NCBI GenBank assembly: GCA_038205935.1
Contig: JBBRBK010000020.1
Span: forward strand, 1-31,122
Direction: 5' to 3'
DNA length: 31,122 nt
Origin: Campylobacterales bacterium
GTDB lineage: Bacteria; Campylobacterota; Campylobacteria; Campylobacterales; Sulfurimonadaceae
Below, piece by piece: positions 1-9,309 of the stretch (positions within the stretch are counted from its first letter, which is position 1; every line of letters starts with the position of its first letter). The notes under the pieces are model-generated. The model made no database searches. It was not told the origin of the DNA and saw only the letters and a list, made by a program, of their open reading frames with translations. The translations under genes and the position numbers were made by a program.

Positions 1-182
1 TGGTTGAACACTAAAAAGCCAGTATCGACTCCAAACTCTGTACTGCCCTCTTTTACCATCGTCGTGCGTGCATGCCCGCCTAATCGGTTCTCTTTTTCGT
101 ACAAATCGACTTCATATTTTTGACTGAGAATGTACGCAGATCCAAGTCCGCTGATTCCAGCTCCAAGTACGGCTATTTTCAT
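1..182 (-). CDS. FAD-dependent oxidoreductase (COG2907/amine-oxidase type), N-terminal part; runs off the left edge
   Basis: Manual translation from ATG at 182: MKIAVLGAGISGLGSAYILSQKYEVDLYEKENRLGGHARTT...VDTGFLVFN, with GxGxxG, LGGHA and DTGFxVFN motifs. ATGA overlap with the lipocalin stop. Not in the ORF track. Confidence 0.85.
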   Translation of the reverse strand, partial: MKIAVLGAGISGLGSAYILSQKYEVDLYEKENRLGGHARTTMVKEGSTEFGVDTGFLVFN

Positions 183-697
183 TTGTATCTTCCTTGTAGA
201 TCTTGTGGTGTGATGATAAATTTTTTAGTATCCATATATTTGTCTAAAAAAGTGAGGATTTGATCTAGTTTTTGTGGCGAAATGCGCGGTGTACGTGACA
301 TGATCCATACCTGATCCATATCTTTGTCACACACAACTGCTGTTTTGTAGTCATCATCCAAATAAACGACTTTATAACTTCGAGCAAAGACAAAAAAGTA
401 TCGCATCTTCAAGTGTGACATTGAGTTGCCTTGCTCGCTTTTTGCTGTGCCGTTATACTCTATGAGTTTTCCACCGATCACATTTTTAAAGCAGCGATTG
501 TTCACATCATAAGTGCCATCATCTTGTAAAAGATACTCCACACTTGAAGCTACACACTCTTTTTGATAGCTGTTGTAAGTGCGAGCCATCTCATACCAAA
601 GCCCTGAGAATTTTTTTGCATCTACAAAAGAGAGCGCACTTGGAGATGAGGCAAAGAGATCTAAAACCAATAAAGCAAATAGTATTATCTTTTTCAT
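179..697 (-). CDS. Lipocalin (Blc-like), Sec signal peptide without lipobox Cys
   Basis: FSGLWYEMAR (GxW motif), YKVVYLDDDY, VWIMSRTP; hydrophobic N-terminus. Confidence 0.85.
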   Translation of the reverse strand: MKKIILFALLVLDLFASSPSALSFVDAKKFSGLWYEMARTYNSYQKECVASSVEYLLQDDGTYDVNNRCFKNVIGGKLIEYNGTAKSEQGNSMSHLKMRYFFVFARSYKVVYLDDDYKTAVVCDKDMDQVWIMSRTPRISPQKLDQILTFLDKYMDTKKFIITPQDLQGRYK

Positions 698-703
698 ACT
701 GCG

Positions 704-747
704 ATTTTATAATTTAAGAGAGTTCTTTTGTATAGCGAATATGTCAG
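704..747 (-). promoter_or_regulatory. Promoter: -10 TAAAAT (704-709), 17-bp spacer, shared 21-bp motif (727-747); probably leaderless
   Basis: Plus strand TTTGTATAGCGAATATGTCAG; same architecture as five other promoters; ATG 6 nt after the -10 box. Confidence 0.75.
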
Positions 748-2001
748 TTAATGCGGATCCTCTTCATAGCCTAGAAGAACTGCGATGGATAAGAGTTTTA
801 AAGTGATAGGCAAAAGCGAATAGACATAACTCAGCAGATCTAGTGATACTACCGTAGGTATTTTAGGATCAAAATCAAAAAGACCGAGAATCCCAAAACT
901 AGCGCCTACTCCAAAAGCCAAAGAGAGTTTTGTAAGCATCGAAAAAAAGCCAAAAAGTGTACCGCTTACATTACTCTCTTGGTTGCTCATAGAGCGTGCC
1001 ACATCCGACTGAATGGAAGTTGGAAGCGCCATATCTGCACCCAAACTTAGCCCACTTAAAACTGTGATGATTCCAAAATAAACAACATCGCCCTCACCAA
1101 AAAAAGGTACAAAGGCAAAAAATGAAGATGCCATCATCATAGAGAGAATCCACACACTTTTTTTACTCATCACTTTTGCAAGAGCGGTCCAAAGTGGAAG
1201 TGCGAGCATACCGCTTGCAAAGTAGAGTATCAAAAGTATTCCGGTGAGATCAGGACGTTTGATGACAAGCTCCACATAAAATAAAAAGAGTGTCGCAGGG
1301 ATAGCATTTGCAAAGTTGTTTAAAAAGAAGGCAAAAAAGACTCGCTTTGACAGAGATATCTCACGATAAAAATCGGTAAAGACTTTTCTGATCGTTTTTG
1401 CCTGCGTTTTGATAGAACTATCTCGCACGCCATATAAAAAAAGAAACATCGTAAGAGGCAATAAGACAAATAAAACATTATTCATAACCCCAAGAGAAGC
1501 TTCTGGCTTTTGCGAAATTCCAAGAGTGTATGGCAAAAAAAGTGCTGTGATAACACCCATTATGCTTACGATTTCCCGTGAAGAACTCAGTCTTGTATTG
1601 TCATGATAGGAGAGGCTGATATCTGCACTCAAAGCCAAATAGGGAATATTTATCATACTCCATCCAAAATAAACGAGCACAGAAAACAGGAGCAACCAAA
1701 GCGTAGAATATTGTGACATGGGATGCGTGAGGGCATAAAAAGAGCCAAGTAAGATCACAGCACCTACTGCCATCATCTTCTGACGACTAAAAAAGCGATC
1801 ACTCAAATAGCCAAGTAGTGGATCAAGAAGCATATCAAAAGCTCTTGCTAAAAATAAGATAACTCCCACTGCAAAAACACCTAAACCCACATTTTGCGCA
1901 TAAAACGTAGGAAGATAGACATAAAGAGGAAGCCCAAGAAGTGCGATAGGCATCGCAGGAAGCGCGTAATAAAAAAGTTTTTTCGCTGAACTCTCAGGCA
2001 C
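748..2001 (-). CDS. MFS transporter (GPH/MelB-like)
   Basis: About 12 hydrophobic segments; ARAFDMLLDPLLGYLSDR motif; GTG start overlapping the upstream gene. Confidence 0.85.
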   Translation of the reverse strand: MPESSAKKLFYYALPAMPIALLGLPLYVYLPTFYAQNVGLGVFAVGVILFLARAFDMLLDPLLGYLSDRFFSRQKMMAVGAVILLGSFYALTHPMSQYSTLWLLLFSVLVYFGWSMINIPYLALSADISLSYHDNTRLSSSREIVSIMGVITALFLPYTLGISQKPEASLGVMNNVLFVLLPLTMFLFLYGVRDSSIKTQAKTIRKVFTDFYREISLSKRVFFAFFLNNFANAIPATLFLFYVELVIKRPDLTGILLILYFASGMLALPLWTALAKVMSKKSVWILSMMMASSFFAFVPFFGEGDVVYFGIITVLSGLSLGADMALPTSIQSDVARSMSNQESNVSGTLFGFFSMLTKLSLAFGVGASFGILGLFDFDPKIPTVVSLDLLSYVYSLLPITLKLLSIAVLLGYEEDPH

Positions 2002-2416
2002 TGATTTTTCCTTTTATATATCTTAGAACGCTTCCAAGAAGTGGGATTTTTTCATACACATTTTGAGCTGCGTCCCAGTAATCGATATGAGAGAGAACTT
2101 TTTGATTTTCATCAAATACAACCCTGCTAACACCCTGAAATGAAGAGTACTGAGCATCTCTATAGAAAATGAATTCCCATTTGAGATAGGCTATGTTTTC
2201 ACCACAAACAATCTCTAAAACTTTAAATTTTGGTTCTTGCAGTGAAGTAAACATATGCTCAAAAACCTTATATATAGCCTCGATACCCTGAACCCTTTGA
2301 AATGGATCTTCAAAAATTGCATCTTTGGCAAAGATATTTTTGTAATGTTCTATACCATCATCCGCTCTTAGGTTCTCAAAAAAGCGAGCATATTCCTTTA
2401 CATGTAAGTCCATCAA
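1994..2416 (-). CDS. NTF2/SnoaL-like protein
   Basis: AIFEDPFQRVQG, HIDYWDAA, YEKIPLLG motifs. Confidence 0.85.
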   Translation of the reverse strand: MMDLHVKEYARFFENLRADDGIEHYKNIFAKDAIFEDPFQRVQGIEAIYKVFEHMFTSLQEPKFKVLEIVCGENIAYLKWEFIFYRDAQYSSFQGVSRVVFDENQKVLSHIDYWDAAQNVYEKIPLLGSVLRYIKGKISA

Positions 2417-3147
2417 AGCGCCTTTTTAGTGATGGCAAAAGAGAGTGAATATGGCAACACTTTTAAAAGATAAAGGACAGAAGTTAAAAACTTTGGAAAT
2501 CTGATCTCAAATCTATAAGGCTTTTGCAAACCTTCAAATATCTTTTGCGCCGCCTCAGAACTTTCCATCAGTTGTGGCATCACAAACGAATTTTTTGCAG
2601 TAAGTCTTGTCTTAACAAAACCGTGGTTGATCACTTGAAGCTCTATATTTTTTGCCATAAGTTCAGGTTGAAGCGATTCACAAAGATTTAAAAGTGCCGC
2701 TTTTGGCGCACTGTATCCGCCACCATAAGGAAGTCCAAAGTAGCTCGAAATACTCGCATTACAAACCATTCGTCCATGCCCTTGAAGCTCAAAAAGAGGT
2801 GCCACTTCTGTGATGACACGCAAAGCACCAAGATAGTTGATGTTGTTCATATTGATAAAATGCTCTATATTCCACTCTTGCATCTTCATACTTTCATAAA
2901 CTCCTGCATTGTAAAAACACAAGTCAATGCCACCATAAAACTCCCACGCTTTTTTGACACCCTCTGAAGTTGAAGCTGTGTCTGAAACATCCATAGAGAC
3001 TTTATGCACATCAAGCCCAACAAACGCTTTTGCATTTTGGGCATCTCTTGAAGTCACGATTACCTTATTGCCATTTTTCACAAACAGTTTTGCAAGTTCT
3101 AAACCGATCCCACTGCTAGCGCCTATTATCCATACTATCTTTGACAT
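2413..3147 (-). CDS. Short-chain dehydrogenase/reductase
   Basis: GASSGIG Rossmann motif, YNAG, YSAPK catalytic YxxxK. Confidence 0.9.
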   Translation of the reverse strand: MSKIVWIIGASSGIGLELAKLFVKNGNKVIVTSRDAQNAKAFVGLDVHKVSMDVSDTASTSEGVKKAWEFYGGIDLCFYNAGVYESMKMQEWNIEHFINMNNINYLGALRVITEVAPLFELQGHGRMVCNASISSYFGLPYGGGYSAPKAALLNLCESLQPELMAKNIELQVINHGFVKTRLTAKNSFVMPQLMESSEAAQKIFEGLQKPYRFEIRFPKFLTSVLYLLKVLPYSLSFAITKKAL

Positions 3148-3157
3148 CTGATCTCCT

Positions 3158-4366
3158 TTAGAGTTTGAGTATTGACATCGCTTGAATCATATCTTTATCC
3201 CCGCGTCCTGAGAGACTTACGATAATCGTCTTATCTTTTATCTCTTCGCGAGGTATTGTTTTCAAGTACGCTATTGCATGCGCACTTTCAAAAGCTGGGA
3301 CAATCCCCTCAGCACGGCTTAACCAGACAAAAGCCTCCATCGCTTCATCATCGGTGATGCTGTCATAAATGACTTTGCCCTGCTCCATCATATACGAGTG
3401 TTCAGGCCCGATTCCTGGATAATCAAGTCCCGCTGAGATGGAATGCGCTTCTTCAACTTGTCCATCCTCAGTTTGTAAAAGATAACTCAGCTGTCCATGT
3501 AAGATTCCCGGTTTACCAAGGGCTAAGCTCGCTCCATGCTTTTTAGTATGCAGTCCAAACCCACCCGCTTCTATGCCAATACACTGCGTTGCATCCTCTT
3601 CTATAAAATGGGCAAACATCCCAAGAGCATTGCTTCCACCGCCAATACACGCAACAACGTAGTCTGGCATTTTTCCCTCTTGCTCCATGATTTGCACTTT
3701 GGCTTCATAGCTGATGATGGCTTGAAAATCACGCACCATTAGTGGATATGGATGTGGGCCTGCCGCTGTTCCGATGATATAAAAAGTATCTCTTGCGTGG
3801 CTCACCCAGTGACGGATAGCATCGTTCATAGCATCTTTAAGTGTCTTGCTTCCACTTTGTACCGCGTGTACTTTTGCGCCGAGGAGTTTCATACGAAAAA
3901 CATTGAGTTCTTGACGCTCCACATCTTTGGCACCCATAAATATCTCACATTCAAGTCCCACCAAAGCTGCTACTGTCGCCGTTGCCACGCCGTGTTGTCC
4001 TGCGCCCGTTTCAGCTATCACCTTTTTTTTGCCCATCCGTTTTGCTAGTAAACCTTGAACGATGGTATTATTTATCTTGTGCGCACCCGTGTGGTTAAGA
4101 TCTTCACGTTTAAGATAGATGTTTGCTCCAAGCTCTTTTGAGATAGTGTCAGCTCTATAAAGCGGAGATGGGCGCCCGACATACTCTTTAAAGTAGTAGT
4201 TTACTTCGGCCCAAAACTCTGGATCAAAACGAAGTGATTTATACATAGTTTCGAGTTCTATAAGTACAGGCATCAAGGTTTCTGGCACGTAGCGCCCGCC
4301 AAATTTTCCAAAGTGCCCACGTTCATCTGGATCAAAGCTAAAAGCTTTTGGTATGTAATCATTCAT
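3158..4366 (-). CDS. trpB: Tryptophan synthase beta subunit
   Basis: [15 protein letters not shown] (PLP Lys), [35 protein letters not shown]. Confidence 0.97.
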   Translation of the reverse strand: MNDYIPKAFSFDPDERGHFGKFGGRYVPETLMPVLIELETMYKSLRFDPEFWAEVNYYFKEYVGRPSPLYRADTISKELGANIYLKREDLNHTGAHKINNTIVQGLLAKRMGKKKVIAETGAGQHGVATATVAALVGLECEIFMGAKDVERQELNVFRMKLLGAKVHAVQSGSKTLKDAMNDAIRHWVSHARDTFYIIGTAAGPHPYPLMVRDFQAIISYEAKVQIMEQEGKMPDYVVACIGGGSNALGMFAHFIEEDATQCIGIEAGGFGLHTKKHGASLALGKPGILHGQLSYLLQTEDGQVEEAHSISAGLDYPGIGPEHSYMMEQGKVIYDSITDDEAMEAFVWLSRAEGIVPAFESAHAIAYLKTIPREEIKDKTIIVSLSGRGDKDMIQAMSILKL

Positions 4367-4369
4367 GAT

Positions 4370-5443
4370 CTATCTCTTTGTGTCAATTTTTCTAACAGGC
4401 TCAGCAGTAGGTTTTCCAAAGTAATAGCCTTGGATATAATCCACACCTATACTCTCAATCATCGCGAGTTCTTGAGCAGTTTCTACACCCTCTGCAAGTA
4501 CTTCTATGCCGTGATCTTTTGCCATAGTAAACAGCGCTTTATAAACAGACTGTTTGAGTGGATTTTGATGGATATTTTCAATAATATTACGATCTACCTT
4601 GATAATATCTGGTCGTAAATTCACAAGCATATTAAGACTTGAGTAGCCCTCTCCAACATCATCAAGTGCTATTTTAAACCCTTGTTCTCTATAAAATGTC
4701 AAAATCTTTTTCAGATGTTCTTGGTCTTTAACATTTTCTGTTTCAACAACTTCAAAGACTATATTTGATGGATCAAATTCAAATTGTTTTGCCCATTTCA
4801 CTGTCGAGTTGAGGCAAAATTCAGGATCATAAATGGCAGTGGGAATAAAATTGATAAACACTTTTTGCTGTATTCTTTTTACAGCTGCAGTCTTCAACGC
4901 AGATTCGCGGCAAATTCTGTCAAATTTAAAGTTTATATCATTACGAGCAGATTTTGGAAAAAGTTCATCTGGAAACATAAGGCTTCCATCCTCTTTTACT
5001 CCACGAATAAGGGCTTCGTATCCATAAATAGAACGGTCACTTGCTTGAATGATGGGCTGAAAGTAAGAGGTAAGACTTTTGTTATTTACAATATCAAAAA
5101 ACTCTCTGTCTTCGATGATATTGATATAACGTTGAAGATTTTTTGCACCCAAAACTGAATGAAAGTTAAAACTATCTTCTTCATAAGCGATGACAAGCCG
5201 AATGGAGTTACGTTCCAGGTCATTAAAATGTTCAGCGATAAGAACAACATTATCTGTAAAAAACTGTTTAGTCTTTTCAACTTCGATATAAGATATACCT
5301 TCATGATCTAAGACTTCAAAGCCCATCTTTTCAACAAAAAGTCTGCTTTTTTGAGAAAGTTCAACAAACTCACTCATCCAGTATATTTTTGAAGGCTGTT
5401 GTCTTATGTCAAAAGTTTCATTGCATTTAGTACATAACATCAT
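4370..5443 (-). CDS. EAL-domain c-di-GMP phosphodiesterase with uncharacterised N-terminal region
   Basis: FQPI, YEALIR, FINF, FEVVE, DDVGEGYSS, IKVD, AEGVET, QGYYF; N-terminal CTKC. Confidence 0.9.
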   Translation of the reverse strand: MMLCTKCNETFDIRQQPSKIYWMSEFVELSQKSRLFVEKMGFEVLDHEGISYIEVEKTKQFFTDNVVLIAEHFNDLERNSIRLVIAYEEDSFNFHSVLGAKNLQRYINIIEDREFFDIVNNKSLTSYFQPIIQASDRSIYGYEALIRGVKEDGSLMFPDELFPKSARNDINFKFDRICRESALKTAAVKRIQQKVFINFIPTAIYDPEFCLNSTVKWAKQFEFDPSNIVFEVVETENVKDQEHLKKILTFYREQGFKIALDDVGEGYSSLNMLVNLRPDIIKVDRNIIENIHQNPLKQSVYKALFTMAKDHGIEVLAEGVETAQELAMIESIGVDYIQGYYFGKPTAEPVRKIDTKR

Positions 5444-5469
5444 AAATCCTTTTACACATTGATAAAAGA

Positions 5470-5513
5470 AGTTTATGATTTATATGTTTTTATTCGTAGG
5501 CTTTATTTGTAGA
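5470..5513 (-). promoter_or_regulatory. Promoter: -10 TAAACT (5470-5475), 17-bp spacer, shared motif (5493-5513)
   Basis: Plus strand TTCGTAGGCTTTATTTGTAGA upstream of EAL-trpB-SDR-NTF2-MFS. Confidence 0.7.
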
Positions 5514-5523
5514 TTGATGTGAT

Positions 5524-6000
5524 TTAAAGCAGTTTTCTTATATCTTCATCCATCTCTTGAGGCGTGGTTGAGGGTGCGTAGCGTTTTACTACTTTGCCAT
5601 TTTTATCGACTAAAAACTTTGTAAAGTTCCATTTGATCGCCTCAGTTCCCAAAACTCCTTCAGCTTCGCCTTTGAGATATTTATAAAGAGGATGAGCGTT
5701 CTCACCGTTTACGTCTATTTTAGAAAACATATCAAAATTTACACCAAAATTAAGTGTACAAAACTCTTTTATCTCCTCTTCAGTTCCCGGTTCTTGTCCT
5801 AAAAACTGGTTACAAGGAAATCCAAGCACGCCAAGACCTTCTTCGACATACCTTACATGTAAGGCTTCCAAACCTTCATATTGCGGTGTAAATCCACATT
5901 TACTCGCCACATTGACAATGAGCATCACCTTATCTTTATACTTCTCTAGCGTGATCTCTTGTCCATCAATTGTTTTCACTTTAAAATCATAAATACTCAT
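5524..6000 (-). CDS. Glutathione peroxidase family protein
   Basis: VNVASKCGFTPQY, GFPCNQF, IKWNFTKFLV; start moved to MSIYDF (ATG 6000), which has a GGAG SD. Confidence 0.95.
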   Translation of the reverse strand: MSIYDFKVKTIDGQEITLEKYKDKVMLIVNVASKCGFTPQYEGLEALHVRYVEEGLGVLGFPCNQFLGQEPGTEEEIKEFCTLNFGVNFDMFSKIDVNGENAHPLYKYLKGEAEGVLGTEAIKWNFTKFLVDKNGKVVKRYAPSTTPQEMDEDIRKLL

Positions 6001-6445
6001 TTTTTTTCTCCAATATTTTTTTTGTAACACGATGTCTATATTCAAACATCGATTGTAACTGCCCTAGCACAAAAGGATATAAAAATTTTGTCATAAACTC
6101 CAGCGGAAGTGTAATTTCAATAACATCTCGAAGCTCGCACAGTTCACCTTTTTGAGTAAAGATATGCTGATGCCTGAAGTAGTAAAATGGCGACTCTACC
6201 GCCAAATCAACAAGCAAGTTTGGCTTTTTTAGTTCATCCACACGCACACGCCAGTAAGTGGGCAAAAAATACTGCACATTTCTAAGATAGATCTCACTGC
6301 CGCGTTTGATGGAATCTACTTTATTTAAAAGTGTCACTTTCATATTTGGCGGAGTGATCTTTGGAAGATTGGTGACATCAAGATGAAAAGCATAAAGTTC
6401 TTCGACCTTGCAATCTATAAGCGAACTGATCTCAAATGTTTTCAT
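5987..6445 (-). CDS. SRPBCC/polyketide-cyclase-like protein
   Basis: FHLDVTNLPKITPP, SPFYYFRHQHIF, MFEYRH; start at MKTFE with AAGGA SD. Confidence 0.8.
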   Translation of the reverse strand: MKTFEISSLIDCKVEELYAFHLDVTNLPKITPPNMKVTLLNKVDSIKRGSEIYLRNVQYFLPTYWRVRVDELKKPNLLVDLAVESPFYYFRHQHIFTQKGELCELRDVIEITLPLEFMTKFLYPFVLGQLQSMFEYRHRVTKKILEKKNEYL

Positions 6446-6456
6446 CTTTTTTTTCC

Positions 6457-7350
6457 TTATTTTTGGGGAGTTATCCAAATGTTATCATATTGTTCTTGGC
6501 TTAAACTTACAAGACCAAGTTCTTCAACAAACTTATAAAGTTCAAGCCACTTCGCGGCATCTGCTTTGATGTCGGTTTTCAATCTTAAAAGTGTATCTAT
6601 GATGATATTATCCATCAATTCACTTGGCTGTGTTTTTGAGTATTCGTAGTAAATGCTTTGCGCATCCTGTGGGTTTTCTTGTAGATATTTTGCCATCTCG
6701 TTTGTGATTTTTATGAGTTCACAGATTTGCTCACCCTTTTGCGCCATTACAGTTTGGGTCGTCATCATTTCAAGTGCGGAGAAGTTTGGATATGGCGATT
6801 CAAATTGATCAACAAAAAGGTTTTCAAACCCTTCCATTTTCGCTTCGATTCCCTCAAAATTGTAAAAGCACAACCAAGCCCCATCAAAACTTTCATCATT
6901 TTTCATATTTGTAATGTGCCAAAAATCTGTTTCAACAAACTCCACATTTTCTACGTCGAGTGAAAAACCATTTTTCTTTGCATAGCGACTGAGTATCTCA
7001 AAACCTATCTTGTTTGTGACAGGATTTGCCGCTGGAGTTGTGATTTTTATCTTTTCATTGTTACGCAGTTTTTCTACTCGATCAGCTCTTATCATCACGC
7101 CACCGCGAGTTTCAAAGAAACAGCCAAGAGATTTGAGTCCATCAAAATAGTGTTCATACAGATGCAAAGGTTCGTTTACATGTAAGTCTATTTCACCCTT
7201 TTTTAAAACCTCAAAACCATCATAATGCTCCTCTGGCTCGATGATCTCGACCTCAAGTCCGCTCTCTTTATATCTTCCAGTCGTGATTCCTGCTATAAAA
7301 GGGAGATGGTCGGGGTTTAAGAACCATTCTAAAGCTATTTTTATCTTCAT
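6457..7350 (-). CDS. NMT1/THI5 (ThiY-like) family protein without signal peptide
   Basis: LEWFLNPDHLPF, YKESGLEVEIIEP, CFYNFEGIE; start MKIKIA with GGAG SD. Confidence 0.8.
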   Translation of the reverse strand: MKIKIALEWFLNPDHLPFIAGITTGRYKESGLEVEIIEPEEHYDGFEVLKKGEIDLHVNEPLHLYEHYFDGLKSLGCFFETRGGVMIRADRVEKLRNNEKIKITTPAANPVTNKIGFEILSRYAKKNGFSLDVENVEFVETDFWHITNMKNDESFDGAWLCFYNFEGIEAKMEGFENLFVDQFESPYPNFSALEMMTTQTVMAQKGEQICELIKITNEMAKYLQENPQDAQSIYYEYSKTQPSELMDNIIIDTLLRLKTDIKADAAKWLELYKFVEELGLVSLSQEQYDNIWITPQK

Positions 7351-7354
7351 TTTC

Positions 7355-7380
7355 TTCTCCACCGTCTCATAGATGGAGAA
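7355..7380 (-). promoter_or_regulatory. Inverted repeat able to sequester the SD of the THI5-like gene
   Basis: Minus strand TTCTCCA-TCTATGAGACGG-TGGAGAA, then GAAA ATG. Confidence 0.5.
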
Positions 7381-7423
7381 TTTTAGCTTTTAATGTTTTT
7401 CGTTCGTAGAGAGAATTTGTCAG
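7380..7423 (-). promoter_or_regulatory. Promoter: -10 TAAAAT (7380-7385), 17-bp spacer, shared motif (7403-7423)
   Basis: Plus strand TTCGTAGAGAGAATTTGTCAG upstream of THI5-like-SRPBCC-GPx. Confidence 0.8.
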
Positions 7424-7429
7424 TTGATA

Positions 7430-9247
7430 TTAAAGTAAAAACTTTCGCTCAAAGGCATCATCGATATCGATAATTTTTCTTTCTTTTAAAGACTCTAAGA
7501 CACTTTGCGTACATGTAACGTCATCTGGCCATTCTCGCATAAAGCCATCCAATTCACTTTTTGTTGTTGCATCCACACACACGCTATTGGCGTCAAAAAA
7601 GATATCACGTGTAGCGTCTATATTGTTGACTACGCGCCAGATGAGCATGTACGGATTATCCAGATAGTTATCTTTTTCATCCACAATAATGAGAATTTTG
7701 ATGTGTTCTAAAAGTGGTTTGAGTTCAGCAAAAAGCTCTTTTTGCGATCTGTTTTTTTCTACGCTGATAAGACAGATTGGGTTTTTTGTGTCAGTGTAAT
7801 ACTGCTTTAAATCTTTCACGCTTGAAGAGATTTTTTGCATCTCGTTCAACAACTCTACATCATCTAAAAGCGTGATTCCTGATTCTTTTATCTCTTCACC
7901 CGTACAGTCAATCCCAAGCTTTCCGCCCACTGCAAACTTATTTGAACTATGATCAAGTGCATCTACGACTCCACGGCTGATAAAAAGATCATGTAGGTCA
8001 ATTCTGTTTAGGATGTATCTTGTCACTGCGTCATGTTCTGTAAGGGAAGGCGCATCTTCGCCTACAAAGATGGCGTGTTTCACAAAACTCATCTGCCCCA
8101 CACCCCAAAAAGCGTGCATCGTTTGCTGTGCATGTCCAGGGTAAAGTGTCTTGATTTTTGCCAAAATGAGATTATGAAACACTCCGTTTTCAGGCATATA
8201 GTAGTCAAGCAAATCAGGCGCTGTCGTCTTTAAAAGAGGCAAAAAGATGCGCTCTGTGGCGTGTCCCATATATTTGTCTTCCAAAGGCGGTTTTCCCACT
8301 ACAGTTGCGGCAAAAATAGGCTCTTTTTTATGGGTTATAGCGGTCACATTCATAAAAGGATACTCCTCTTTAAGCGTGTAATAACCCGTATGATCCCCAA
8401 AAGGCCCTTCGATACGAAGGTTTTGGACATCTACAAATCCCTCAATCACAAAGTCCACATCGCGAGGAATGTAGATATCATTTGTGATGGATTTCACAAG
8501 CTGGGCATTTTTACCTTTGACAAAACCATATAAAAGCAGTTCAAAAACACCGATAGGAAGCGGAGCTTGACCACACCAAATGTACATAGGATCACCGCCG
8601 ATACCGATGGAAACAGGCATCTTTACACCCGCTTTTTTATACTCATGAAAGAAGTGGTTTGAATCTTTGTGGATTTGCCAGTGCATCCCAAGTGTGTGGT
8701 CATCATATACCTGAAGTCTGTACATCCCGACATTACTCATCTTGCCATCCAAACTTTTTGTATAGACCTGCCCCATCGTGATAAAAGGCCCACCATCTTG
8801 CTCCCACGTTGTAAGCACTGGAAGTTCACTGAGTTTGGCATCAAGCCCGAGCTTTATGATCTCTTGACATTCCCCTTTTTTGCTCAGCTTTTTAGGAAAG
8901 ACCGATTTAAGATTAAAAAGAGTTCCAAGCATTGAAATTTTGTCCATAAAGCCCGCTGGAGGTTTCATATGTAAAAGCTCTTGGATACGCGCGGCGATCT
9001 TGTCGCCATCGCCGATAAGAAGCTCCACCGCTTTTTGTGAACAAAAGACGTTCATCAAAATCGGCGTGTCAAATTTTTTGCCAGCTTTTCTATCGACAAC
9101 ATTGGTAAAAAGTATCGCTTTGCTATCAGGTTTTTTGACCTCTACATAAGCCACATGCGGGATCTCCAAGTAGATATCAAGCTCATCATCTATGATCTTT
9201 AAAAGGTCATGTTTTTTTAAAAGTTCTAAGGTTTCATTGTTCTGCAT
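7430..9247 (-). CDS. UbiD-family decarboxylase, menaquinone (futalosine pathway, MqnL) type
   Basis: NVGMYRLQV, GMHWQIHKD, EGPFGDHTGYY, VGKPPLED, long C-terminal extension; start MQNNE with GGAG SD. Confidence 0.88.
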   Translation of the reverse strand: MQNNETLELLKKHDLLKIIDDELDIYLEIPHVAYVEVKKPDSKAILFTNVVDRKAGKKFDTPILMNVFCSQKAVELLIGDGDKIAARIQELLHMKPPAGFMDKISMLGTLFNLKSVFPKKLSKKGECQEIIKLGLDAKLSELPVLTTWEQDGGPFITMGQVYTKSLDGKMSNVGMYRLQVYDDHTLGMHWQIHKDSNHFFHEYKKAGVKMPVSIGIGGDPMYIWCGQAPLPIGVFELLLYGFVKGKNAQLVKSITNDIYIPRDVDFVIEGFVDVQNLRIEGPFGDHTGYYTLKEEYPFMNVTAITHKKEPIFAATVVGKPPLEDKYMGHATERIFLPLLKTTAPDLLDYYMPENGVFHNLILAKIKTLYPGHAQQTMHAFWGVGQMSFVKHAIFVGEDAPSLTEHDAVTRYILNRIDLHDLFISRGVVDALDHSSNKFAVGGKLGIDCTGEEIKESGITLLDDVELLNEMQKISSSVKDLKQYYTDTKNPICLISVEKNRSQKELFAELKPLLEHIKILIIVDEKDNYLDNPYMLIWRVVNNIDATRDIFFDANSVCVDATTKSELDGFMREWPDDVTCTQSVLESLKERKIIDIDDAFERKFLL

Positions 9248-9309
9248 TGTCACTCCATAGTTGTTAAATTTATCTTTCAAATTGTATCTATTTTATTTAG
9301 ATGTAAGCC

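Noticed and set aside
6000..6455. Phase-variable homopolymer tracts
   Set aside because: Only A/T runs of 8-9 nt, normal for this composition; no long G/C tracts or frameshifts.
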